Virus record (IMG/VR): IMGVR_UViG_3300042893_001481
DNA from: a virus
Length of the DNA stretch: 64,000 nucleotides
Strand: one strand, 5' to 3'
Shown here: positions 30,926 to 39,520 of the stretch, piece after piece
How positions within the stretch are numbered: position 1 is the first letter of the stretch
How the letters are laid out: each line of letters begins with the position of its first letter
Translations under genes and position numbers: made by a program
Notes under the pieces: generated by a model
The model's database searches: none
The model's input: only the letters and a program-made list of their open reading frames with translations
What the model was told of the DNA's origin: nothing

Positions 30926-32428
30926 ATGAAAGCAACAATAATTGGTAGTGATTTACTACAACAAGGTGATTCGGTAAAGATTTTAGAAATAAACACTAAT
31001 ACCACCATATATAACGAAGGGGCTGATTTATTGGATTATGTTGCATTATTTGACATGTTAATCCAAAATAATATTACGGAATTCCACTATATATATACGG
31101 ATTTAGAGGCGTTTTTACCATTAAAATTCCCACATAGATTTGAAGAAATCTTAAAAGAAAAATGTGTTGAAAATGGAATGACATACACACCACATTTAGT
31201 GGCTCAAAATTCTGTAACAGTTCCTTACATTGAGGACGCTGTTAATAAATTTATTCTAAGACAATCTTTTGACACAACCGCTTTGGTGGACGAAACATAT
31301 TGTGCGGATAAGTATGAATTTTTTAATTTAATGAGTGGTTCCACGTTTATTCCAAATACGTACTTTAACACTACCGAATTGTCATTAGATACTTTGTCTG
31401 AATTAAATTTCACAAATGGGTTGGAACCAAACTTAGTAAAAAAACATAGATATCCCTCATATGATGCAAAACAATTACCCGCATTATATTCAATTGAAAA
31501 TCAATTAGATTTTGATACGTTTAAAACAACAATAGATAATACAGAAAATAATTTAATACAGGAATTCATATATGACACACAAAACATTGTTGATGGTAGA
31601 TATTGTGTTATTAGAGGTATCGATATAATATATGGTTCTAATTTAGATGTGATTAATTTAGGTGGGTATAGACAATCTACATTGTTACCATTATCTTTTG
31701 CCACAAATGAATTTAAAACGGACAGTAGAGAATTAAAACAAAAAAGTAGATATAAATATATAACTAAAGCCTTAGGTAAATGGGGTATGGTTGACTATCA
31801 CGTAGAAGACGATAGTAATATTTTAAAATACGATGGATCACTTGCAGACCTTAGTACCATTCAAATTGGTGACTACATGCGTTCAATAGATTTTACCGAT
31901 TATAATGGAAATAAAGCTGGAGAAGCTGATGTTACAAATATGCAAGCATTTGGTTGGGATTGTGATTTAGTACAAGCGAATGCGACATTGACACAATTAA
32001 GTACAACTTTACAAGAAGTTGTCTCCGCCGTTGTTGACACAATTCACATTAGAATTACATTAGATAATGGGTTGAGTTGGGTCGATTCACCTAGTTGTAA
32101 GTACCTTATTGAAGAATCTGGATCAACTGAAACCAGATTTGATAATGTTAATAATTTATATATTGGTGATAAATTAGTGGTTACCGATTCCAACACCAAT
32201 CAATTAACAACGGTAGCAATTACGGGATTGGAAATGGAATATGCTTCTAAAACAATTTATGGTTTAGATTTTGCTCCATCTGATTTGTTCTTAGTTGATG
32301 TTGGAGAAGGATTATATAGTGTAATGCACAACCCGACATGTTGGTGTAGTTATTCATATTGTGGTAATTGGTGTTACGAATCGTGGTGCCCAACTTGTAG
32401 GTGGGGTGGTGGTCCTGCGAAACTTTAA
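30926..32428 (+). CDS. Circularly permuted ATP-grasp + Hint domain + Cys/Trp-rich C-terminal peptide
   Basis: N-terminal GSDLL...ILEINTN, then DKYEF..P.TY, LVKK, LIQEFI. Hint-like aa 292-469 (ILKYDGS...IQIGD.M.S; LYIGDKL; IYGLDF...LFLV; VMHN). Tail PTCWCSYSYCGNWCYESWCPTCRWGGGPAKL. Confidence 0.7.
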   Translation: MKATIIGSDLLQQGDSVKILEINTNTTIYNEGADLLDYVALFDMLIQNNITEFHYIYTDLEAFLPLKFPHRFEEILKEKCVENGMTYTPHLVAQNSVTVPYIEDAVNKFILRQSFDTTALVDETYCADKYEFFNLMSGSTFIPNTYFNTTELSLDTLSELNFTNGLEPNLVKKHRYPSYDAKQLPALYSIENQLDFDTFKTTIDNTENNLIQEFIYDTQNIVDGRYCVIRGIDIIYGSNLDVINLGGYRQSTLLPLSFATNEFKTDSRELKQKSRYKYITKALGKWGMVDYHVEDDSNILKYDGSLADLSTIQIGDYMRSIDFTDYNGNKAGEADVTNMQAFGWDCDLVQANATLTQLSTTLQEVVSAVVDTIHIRITLDNGLSWVDSPSCKYLIEESGSTETRFDNVNNLYIGDKLVVTDSNTNQLTTVAITGLEMEYASKTIYGLDFAPSDLFLVDVGEGLYSVMHNPTCWCSYSYCGNWCYESWCPTCRWGGGPAKL

Positions 32429-32455
32429 AATAAAACAAATTAAATAAAAAATAAC

Positions 32456-32596
32456 ATGGCAAAGAAAGAAAGAGTAGAAAGACCGTTACAAACAATAAAA
32501 ACGAACATAACCCCAATTACAACCGATTTAAAAGTTAAAGTGGCAAATGCCTTCCAATCATTTGTAACGGCAATCAAAGTAAAACACCTTTCATAG
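32456..32596 (+). CDS. 46-aa hypothetical protein
   Basis: Manual translation MAKKERVERPLQTIKTNITPITTDLKVKVANAFQSFVTAIKVKHLS; A-rich leader; fills the gap. Confidence 0.65.
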   Translation: MAKKERVERPLQTIKTNITPITTDLKVKVANAFQSFVTAIKVKHLS

Positions 32597-32604
32597 TATG
32601 TATT

Positions 32605-33426
32605 ATGAAATTAGTTACATTTGGGGATAGTTGGACTGAAGGGGTTGGGGGCAATATTAGTGAGGAATCGGCAACAGATATACCTGAAGAAAAAACAAAC
32701 ATAAGACAAAAATATTGTTGGCCAAAACACTTATCGGAATTACTCACTTGTGAAGTTAAAAATGTTGGGGTCGGATCATTTTCTAACAACTCCATATTCA
32801 ATTCAATTTCTCGTCAATTAAAAAATGGAATCATCACTCAAGATGATTTCGTTGTTATTATGTGGTCATCATCTTTACGGGATTCATTACCTTTTTTCCC
32901 TACTGAAGATGATTTTTTTATTTGGGGTAAACGATATAAAAGTAAAGAACACCTTTTAAAGTATATTTTTGATGGAGTTAATAGTGATAATATAAACTAT
33001 AATAGGGCAGAAAAAAACTTTAGAGATTATTACATTAATAATTTATTTAGTGATACCTACTACGATATAGTAAATCAAAATTACATATTACATCTTCAAT
33101 TTATGTTTAAAGAATTAGGTATTAGATACCTTTTTTGTGATGGATTTGATATAATGATTAATAAAAATATTGATACGTTAGTTGACAAATCCCATTTAAT
33201 TGAGAGTAATAGATATTGGGGTTATAGAGATAAAACTATGGCAAATTTATTAATTAATACTAATAGAAAAGATGTGTGGCAAGATAATAACCATTGGGTT
33301 GATACCACAGCAGGTAAACACCCAAGTAGTAATGGATATAAATTGATTGCTGAGGAATTATATAAATTTATAAATGAGGGTAATTTATTAGTACCCATCA
33401 AACTAAAAAATTCAAATCTATTATGA
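32605..33426 (+). CDS. SGNH-like protein
   Basis: TFGDSWTEG, GSFSN..I, IMWS, KHPS..GY.LIA. Confidence 0.75.
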   Translation: MKLVTFGDSWTEGVGGNISEESATDIPEEKTNIRQKYCWPKHLSELLTCEVKNVGVGSFSNNSIFNSISRQLKNGIITQDDFVVIMWSSSLRDSLPFFPTEDDFFIWGKRYKSKEHLLKYIFDGVNSDNINYNRAEKNFRDYYINNLFSDTYYDIVNQNYILHLQFMFKELGIRYLFCDGFDIMINKNIDTLVDKSHLIESNRYWGYRDKTMANLLINTNRKDVWQDNNHWVDTTAGKHPSSNGYKLIAEELYKFINEGNLLVPIKLKNSNLL

Positions 33427-33989
33427 ATTATACCATAAATAGTAATTTTTGTAATAGTGAAACTGCTAAAGATATCATTGAGTTCTGTATTAAATTTGGT
33501 GAACCGTTTTCATACAACCCGTCAGAACGATGGGATTGTAGACGAATATATGATTCTGATTTTAAAAAGAGAATAATTGATTTATTAATAACCAATTATA
33601 AAAACGGATATTTTAAATTATGGTTTGATTACTCTACCTTTAATTTAAAGAATTTTAATATCAGTCTAACTTCATATTATGATGGTAGATATCTCAATTT
33701 GCATAAAGATAAATCAAGTGAATTAACGACCGTGATTGTCCTTTCAGATAACTTTGAAGGTGGTCAGTTTGCTTTATGTGGTGATAAAAATCCACCTATT
33801 AATTTTGAAACCCTTGAAGGTATAAGTACATTTGACTTAAAATTGGGTGATTTAATTTCATTTAATGGTTCCGAAACCTATCACGGAGTGTTACCGGTAA
33901 CAAATGGAACGAGGTATGCCTTGAATATTTGGATGACAGAAACTGATTTTGATTACCCTAAATTAAAATCTAATAAAACTGTTATATAA
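33423..33989 (+). CDS. 2OG-Fe(II) oxygenase
   Basis: LHKD, FEGG, YHGVLPV..G.RYAL.IW. Confidence 0.85.
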   Translation: MNYTINSNFCNSETAKDIIEFCIKFGEPFSYNPSERWDCRRIYDSDFKKRIIDLLITNYKNGYFKLWFDYSTFNLKNFNISLTSYYDGRYLNLHKDKSSELTTVIVLSDNFEGGQFALCGDKNPPINFETLEGISTFDLKLGDLISFNGSETYHGVLPVTNGTRYALNIWMTETDFDYPKLKSNKTVI

Positions 33990-34023
33990 TGTTAACTAAA
34001 AAAAATAATACAAATAAACTAAT

Positions 34024-34542
34024 ATGAAACTATCAATCGATGATTTAGTTTTTTTAAAATCTGAATTAAATAACACTCGAATAATGAATGAAGAAGATTT
34101 AAGCTATATAAAATCAGCACATCCCCAATTATATCATACCACAAATCCAGAAAAAGCCGATATTCTATCTCTCTTTCCAAATGATAGTTGGGTTTATACT
34201 TTAGAAAATAAAAATTTAAATGAATTTATTTGTAATAAATTTGAAGAACCCATTGATAATTTATACATAATGCATAGATTAATATATGGTGAAAATGGTT
34301 ATGCTAAAAAACATAAAGATAGATTTACAACACATAAGACCGTTAGTATTTTATTGTCATCCGATTTTACAGGTGGTGAAATGTATATAAATGATAAAGA
34401 TCTATCATTGACAAATGAAGGAGATTATATTGTATTCAATGGGGGTAATGAATCCCACGAAGTAAAAAAGATAATTAATGGGGAACGAGATGTATTAATA
34501 ATATGGTTTTCAAAAAAGAAAGCAGAATTTAGTATCATATGA
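34024..34542 (+). CDS. 2OG-Fe(II) oxygenase
   Basis: KHKD, FTGGE, HEV..I..G.R.VLIIW. Confidence 0.85.
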   Translation: MKLSIDDLVFLKSELNNTRIMNEEDLSYIKSAHPQLYHTTNPEKADILSLFPNDSWVYTLENKNLNEFICNKFEEPIDNLYIMHRLIYGENGYAKKHKDRFTTHKTVSILLSSDFTGGEMYINDKDLSLTNEGDYIVFNGGNESHEVKKIINGERDVLIIWFSKKKAEFSII

Positions 34543-35018
34543 AAATATTAATAATAGCATTACCCAGAACCGGCTCAACTTCTCTTTTAAAAAAAATATC
34601 TAAAGATAGAAATCTAAAACCATTCTTTGAACCATTTGATGGGACTGGTAGAGTTATCTATAACAATGAAGATAATTCGGTTGTTAAAACAATTATATCA
34701 CACTACCAAAATAATTTAGAACTTATTAATAACTTTGATGAAATTATACTTCTTAATAGAAAAAATATAAAAGAGTTAATAGAATCTCACTCATATCAAA
34801 CGTATTTTTTAAAAACAGGTTATAATTCTAATAATCCATATGTCTATAAAGAACCACCACAAGAAATAATAAATTTGTGTACGTCTGATATACTAAATTG
34901 GAATGAGGAAATCAACCAGCTTTCAAAAATTACTAAAATACCAATTACATACTATGAAGATATTTTTGATAATAATTCAGCGGATAGGTTACGAATGTCA
35001 ATAACTAATATAATTTAA
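34539..35018 (+). CDS. Sulfotransferase-like P-loop protein
   Basis: IALPRTGSTSL, FEPF, L.RKN, YYED. Confidence 0.7.
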   Translation: MKILIIALPRTGSTSLLKKISKDRNLKPFFEPFDGTGRVIYNNEDNSVVKTIISHYQNNLELINNFDEIILLNRKNIKELIESHSYQTYFLKTGYNSNNPYVYKEPPQEIINLCTSDILNWNEEINQLSKITKIPITYYEDIFDNNSADRLRMSITNII

Positions 35019-36064
35019 TGATAGATTTAAAACAATATACGTGTAGTAATCCATTTACCACTTTAGAAATACATGATAATGTTGGGTTTGTTTGTTGTCC
35101 ATCTTGGTTACCAAATAAAATAGAACTTAATGATACATCTTTAAAAAATGTATATAATAGTGAACCGGTTGTGGATATTAGAAATTCCATTTTAGATGGT
35201 TCATTTAAATATTGTAACAAAGAATTATGTCCACATTTAAGTAGATTGTTAAACTATGGTGTCACCTCTGGCCCTATTCACTTAAAATCAAATTCAAAAT
35301 ATACAACACCAATTATTGAACCAACCACACCGACCACAATTTTAATGAATTTTGATAGGACCTGCAATTATAAATGTCCATCGTGTAGAGTCGACTTAAT
35401 TGTTGAAAGTAGTAAAGGTATAGAACGAATAGAAAAAACAATAGACGAGATTGATACCTATTATTCGGCAAACGTAAAAACTTTATACATTACTGGTACT
35501 GGAGATCCCTTTGTTTCAGTTAGTTTTAGAAATTATTTAAGAAACTTTAATCCAAAAAAATACCCAAAATTAACAAGTATACATTTTCATACAAATGCAT
35601 CAATGTGGACAAAGGAAATGTGGGACAGTATGCCAAATGTTCATAAGTATGTAACAACGTGTGAGATATCAATAGATGCAGGAACACAAAACACCTATGA
35701 AAATAAAACCAGATTAGGTGGTAAGTGGGATACCTTAATAAATAATTTAAAATTTATTTCTACAATAGAAACATTGAAATCAGTAAAAACATCGTTTGTT
35801 GTTCAAGATAGTAACTATATGGAAATGGAAACCTTTTATAATTTAATGTATTCTATTTTTGGAAAAAAGGTAAATGTGTTTTTTGGTAAAATAGTTAATT
35901 GGGGTACATTCTCAGATGGTGAATTTAAATTAAAACAGGTTTGGGATACCAATCACCCTGAGCATGAGTTATTTAAAAAAGAATTTAATAGGATATGGAA
36001 AAACACTAATCTATTTCATAATTTATATGAATTTGTCGACACCACACAAAAAACTTTAATATAA
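35018..36064 (+). CDS. Radical SAM protein with N-terminal SPASM/twitch-like domain
   Basis: C..PF...CCPSW...C....CP N-terminal region; CNYKCPSC; GTGDPF; ISIDA. Confidence 0.9.
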   Translation: MIDLKQYTCSNPFTTLEIHDNVGFVCCPSWLPNKIELNDTSLKNVYNSEPVVDIRNSILDGSFKYCNKELCPHLSRLLNYGVTSGPIHLKSNSKYTTPIIEPTTPTTILMNFDRTCNYKCPSCRVDLIVESSKGIERIEKTIDEIDTYYSANVKTLYITGTGDPFVSVSFRNYLRNFNPKKYPKLTSIHFHTNASMWTKEMWDSMPNVHKYVTTCEISIDAGTQNTYENKTRLGGKWDTLINNLKFISTIETLKSVKTSFVVQDSNYMEMETFYNLMYSIFGKKVNVFFGKIVNWGTFSDGEFKLKQVWDTNHPEHELFKKEFNRIWKNTNLFHNLYEFVDTTQKTLI

Positions 36065-36750
36065 TGTCCAATATAAGAAGTGTGGGATTTATTGAAAAAC
36101 ATTTTGATGAACATTCAGAATTTATTATAAGTAAAATAAATGAATCATCAATATCTTTAAGTAGAATATCAAATAAAGATTTAAATGAATTAATTTATCC
36201 GATTGTACATTTAATTGATTTTGAATTCAACGGAGATTCTAAATTTTTATTGAATAAAACAATAGATGAAATGGATTTGATGTATTCAAATTGGTATAAG
36301 TTGCACGAAAAAATGTTTACAACATTTAATTATGTGGAAAAAAATAATATAATTTTAGACTATAGAAAAAATGGAGTTGGGTATTATTGGGTTGATTTAA
36401 ATTGTTATTATAGTTATGAAATGTTATTTAGATTACATAACTGTGGTAGAGTCAACTCCCATCAAAATCTTTTGGAACTTAGAGAATATGATATAAATGG
36501 ATACAACTATAGTAGGGTTGTTGTTGTCATATGTAACAATGGATTTATAAATCAAATTAAAGGAGATTATAATCTGAAACCTGATTTTATTTATAAAGAT
36601 TATATATATGATTTATTTTTAAATTATAAAGAATTAAAGGGATTTAAAATATTAACTCCAAATAATAATAATTTTACCCATATGGATTTAAATGATACAG
36701 AGTTATCTAATTTAAAAAGAACACGTCCAGAATTCTTTTTCCTAATATAA
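36064..36750 (+). CDS. Hypothetical protein
   Basis: 228-aa ORF coupled to the previous gene (TAATG); contains HNCGR and QIKG..N.KP. Confidence 0.6.
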   Translation: MSNIRSVGFIEKHFDEHSEFIISKINESSISLSRISNKDLNELIYPIVHLIDFEFNGDSKFLLNKTIDEMDLMYSNWYKLHEKMFTTFNYVEKNNIILDYRKNGVGYYWVDLNCYYSYEMLFRLHNCGRVNSHQNLLELREYDINGYNYSRVVVVICNNGFINQIKGDYNLKPDFIYKDYIYDLFLNYKELKGFKILTPNNNNFTHMDLNDTELSNLKRTRPEFFFLI

Positions 36751-36762
36751 TTTTTCAATTTA

Positions 36763-36794
36763 TTTGATATTTTCGTGGATTTTCTCTATATTAT
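36763..36794 (+). promoter_or_regulatory. Bacteroidota-type sigma70-like promoter
   Basis: TTTG (36763)-N20-TATATTAT (36787), ATG at 36800. Confidence 0.5.
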
Positions 36795-36799
36795 CTATA

Positions 36800-39520
36800 A
36801 TGAAAATCTTAGCACACGCCCCCTTTATTGGTACTACTGGTTATGCCAATCATGCACGTTCATTCTTCACGGCACTTAACAAATACCACCAAGTTAAAGT
36901 TAGAAATTTAACCGTTGGGGGTAGTTGGTCAGGTTATAACAACACCCCACATGACGGGGAATCCTACATTACGGATGAGATGAAGGAAATGTTACACCAA
37001 CAAACACTAATTAATGGGGATAACTCAAGAACCGATTATCCAATTTACGGACACGACCCCAACTTTATACCCGATGTTCACATTGTATTGATGGAGAATA
37101 ACAGTCATTACTATTATGACAATTACGAGGGTTATAAAATCGCATATTGTGTTTGGGAGTCAACAAGATTTAGTGATGGTTTCTTTAAAAGATTACTCAC
37201 GTTTGATGAGATGTGGGTACCATCACAATGGCAGTATGATTGTATTGTGGAACAAGGTTATCCCAAAGAAAAAGTCTTTATAGTACCCGAAGGGGTTGAT
37301 GTTGATACCTTTAAACCTACAAACAAAACAATAAAAACAAAGAAGACTAAATTTGTATTGTTTGGTAGATGGGAATGGAGAAAAGGGACTACCGAAATTT
37401 TACAAGCATTCTCAGAAGAATTTAAAGATACTGACAATGTTGAATTAATCGCTTCGGTTGAAAATCCATATCCTTCGGACGGCTTAAAAACAACTGAGGA
37501 AAGAATTAAACATTATGGTATTGACACTAAGAAGATTAAGTTCATAAATTTTCCATCAAGAGATGAATATGTTAGATATCTACAAGAAGCTAACGTGTTT
37601 GTTTCGTGTGCAAGAAGTGAGGGTTGGAACTTACCATTAATAGAAGCTATGGCTTGTGGTACACCCTCCATATACTCAAATTGGGGTGGACAATTACAAT
37701 TTACATCAGATGGTGGTCTACCCGTGGATATTAAAGGTTTAACACCCGCAAATCACGAACACAAAGACTTTCCAGGTGATTACTGTGAACCCGATTGGGA
37801 AAATTTAAAATCTCAATTAAGAAATGCTTACGAGAATAGTAAACAACATAAAGTTTTGGCTCTAACCGAATCTAAAACCATTCATGAAAATTTTAATTGG
37901 GACACTATAGCTAAAGGTGCTACTGATATATTAGAAAGAACCAATGAACATTTTGCATTTGTAACCACAGGTAATTTACAATATATGCCGGTCATTGAAA
38001 AATTAGTTCAATCATTGTTACAATTCTCAAGACATAAAATTATAGTGTATGGTGTTGATTGTGAAGTACCATTTGATTATCCAAACGTGATTAAAAAAAC
38101 AATTAACCCACCAAAAATATCTGAACATGATAAGTGGTATTGGAAACAACATGCATGTTTAGAATCATTGGATTATGGTTTTGATAACTATGTGTGGATT
38201 GATGGTGATGTAGTTGTGAATCATAATGTTGATAATGTAAAAGAATATTTCTCACAATTAACAACATACCCAATTCCCGACATTCATGTTCAAACGGAAT
38301 TTTTTGGAACCTACAATGATGGTAAGGACTCACAACTATTCAATGAACAATTAGCTAACGAATGGAAAATTACTAAAAGAAATCCTTATGCACATATTTG
38401 TTTCTACATTTATAATTCAAATTGTCATAAATGGTTTACGGAAATTCTTGAACATTACACAAAAGTAATTGAGAATAATCCTAAAGATTATAAACGTCTA
38501 TATCTCTGGAATGATGAGGGTATCGATAACGCAATGAGATGGAAATATGGATGTGATAAGTTCTTACCACTATCAAACTTTGACACATCGGGTTATGATG
38601 GTGACTTAGGTAACACTAATGAAATGTTACATCACTTTTATAAGTTTTGGAATGAAGAAGGTCCACAAAATTTCAATAGGATATTTGGTTATCAATTCAT
38701 ACCAAAAGATAAATCTAAAATCATTTATTTTCATGGTAATAAACATGCTGAAATATCTGACAAGATGATTGAATTCATTACAATGATGAAAAACAATTCA
38801 TTTTATAAATCAGAACAATTCTACACCGATGTTTACAAAGTTGAAAATTTAGGAGACATTAAAGATGTTCAAGGAGGTACGATTGAAATAGCAAACAAGT
38901 ATGGTTGGTTCAGAGCCATTTATCACGAAATATTTAATCTGTTAGATTATTATAAGGACAGACAAAAAACAATCAATGAAGGAGATGTGGTTGTTGATTT
39001 AGGTGGTAATGTTGGAATATTCAACAGATGGGCATATAGTCAAGGTGCTAGTAAAGTAATTTCATTTGAACCTGATAAACGATACTTCAAATTACTATCA
39101 TTAAATGCCGACCCACGTTCCATATTGTTTAATGCCGCAATGGCCGATACCATTGATGAATTTATATTGTATCAATCAGAACACTTAGGTGGATCAACAT
39201 TACTCGGTTCAGGTGATAGTGTGAATTATCCCGTTAGAACATATACTTTAAACTATCTTTTTGAAACTGGTTTAGTTGACAAGATTGATTTTCTTAAAGT
39301 TGATATTGAGGGTGCCGAACTACATGCTTTTGCTGGTATATCGGATGATAATTTAATGAAAGTTAAAAACATTGCAATGGAATATCACCACGGTCAATTG
39401 AACTACAATGAAGAACTAAGGCAAGGATTAATAGATAGAATGAATGGATTGGGGTTCCAATCATATCTTTTATTTATGGGTGGAAATAACAAATTACAAA
39501 TGATATATTTTACAAGATGA
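36800..39520 (+). CDS. Multidomain glycosyltransferase (GT4 + GT-A-like) fused to an FkbM-type methyltransferase
   Basis: GRWEWRKG, SEGWNLPLIEAMACG (GT4); WIDGD (DxD); VDLGGNVG, FEP, LKVDIEGAE (FkbM). ATG at 36800 preferred over the TTG at 36764. Confidence 0.85.
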   Translation: MKILAHAPFIGTTGYANHARSFFTALNKYHQVKVRNLTVGGSWSGYNNTPHDGESYITDEMKEMLHQQTLINGDNSRTDYPIYGHDPNFIPDVHIVLMENNSHYYYDNYEGYKIAYCVWESTRFSDGFFKRLLTFDEMWVPSQWQYDCIVEQGYPKEKVFIVPEGVDVDTFKPTNKTIKTKKTKFVLFGRWEWRKGTTEILQAFSEEFKDTDNVELIASVENPYPSDGLKTTEERIKHYGIDTKKIKFINFPSRDEYVRYLQEANVFVSCARSEGWNLPLIEAMACGTPSIYSNWGGQLQFTSDGGLPVDIKGLTPANHEHKDFPGDYCEPDWENLKSQLRNAYENSKQHKVLALTESKTIHENFNWDTIAKGATDILERTNEHFAFVTTGNLQYMPVIEKLVQSLLQFSRHKIIVYGVDCEVPFDYPNVIKKTINPPKISEHDKWYWKQHACLESLDYGFDNYVWIDGDVVVNHNVDNVKEYFSQLTTYPIPDIHVQTEFFGTYNDGKDSQLFNEQLANEWKITKRNPYAHICFYIYNSNCHKWFTEILEHYTKVIENNPKDYKRLYLWNDEGIDNAMRWKYGCDKFLPLSNFDTSGYDGDLGNTNEMLHHFYKFWNEEGPQNFNRIFGYQFIPKDKSKIIYFHGNKHAEISDKMIEFITMMKNNSFYKSEQFYTDVYKVENLGDIKDVQGGTIEIANKYGWFRAIYHEIFNLLDYYKDRQKTINEGDVVVDLGGNVGIFNRWAYSQGASKVISFEPDKRYFKLLSLNADPRSILFNAAMADTIDEFILYQSEHLGGSTLLGSGDSVNYPVRTYTLNYLFETGLVDKIDFLKVDIEGAELHAFAGISDDNLMKVKNIAMEYHHGQLNYNEELRQGLIDRMNGLGFQSYLLFMGGNNKLQMIYFTR

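Noticed and set aside
31799-32332. Canonical mobile intein
   Set aside because: No Cys/Ser at position 1, no block B His, no endonuclease, and the +1 residue is Pro.
32414-32428. C-terminal AKL as a peroxisomal PTS1 signal, implying a eukaryotic virus
   Set aside because: Operonic overlaps, bacterial-type promoters and tailed-phage genes indicate a bacteriophage; a single tripeptide is likely chance.
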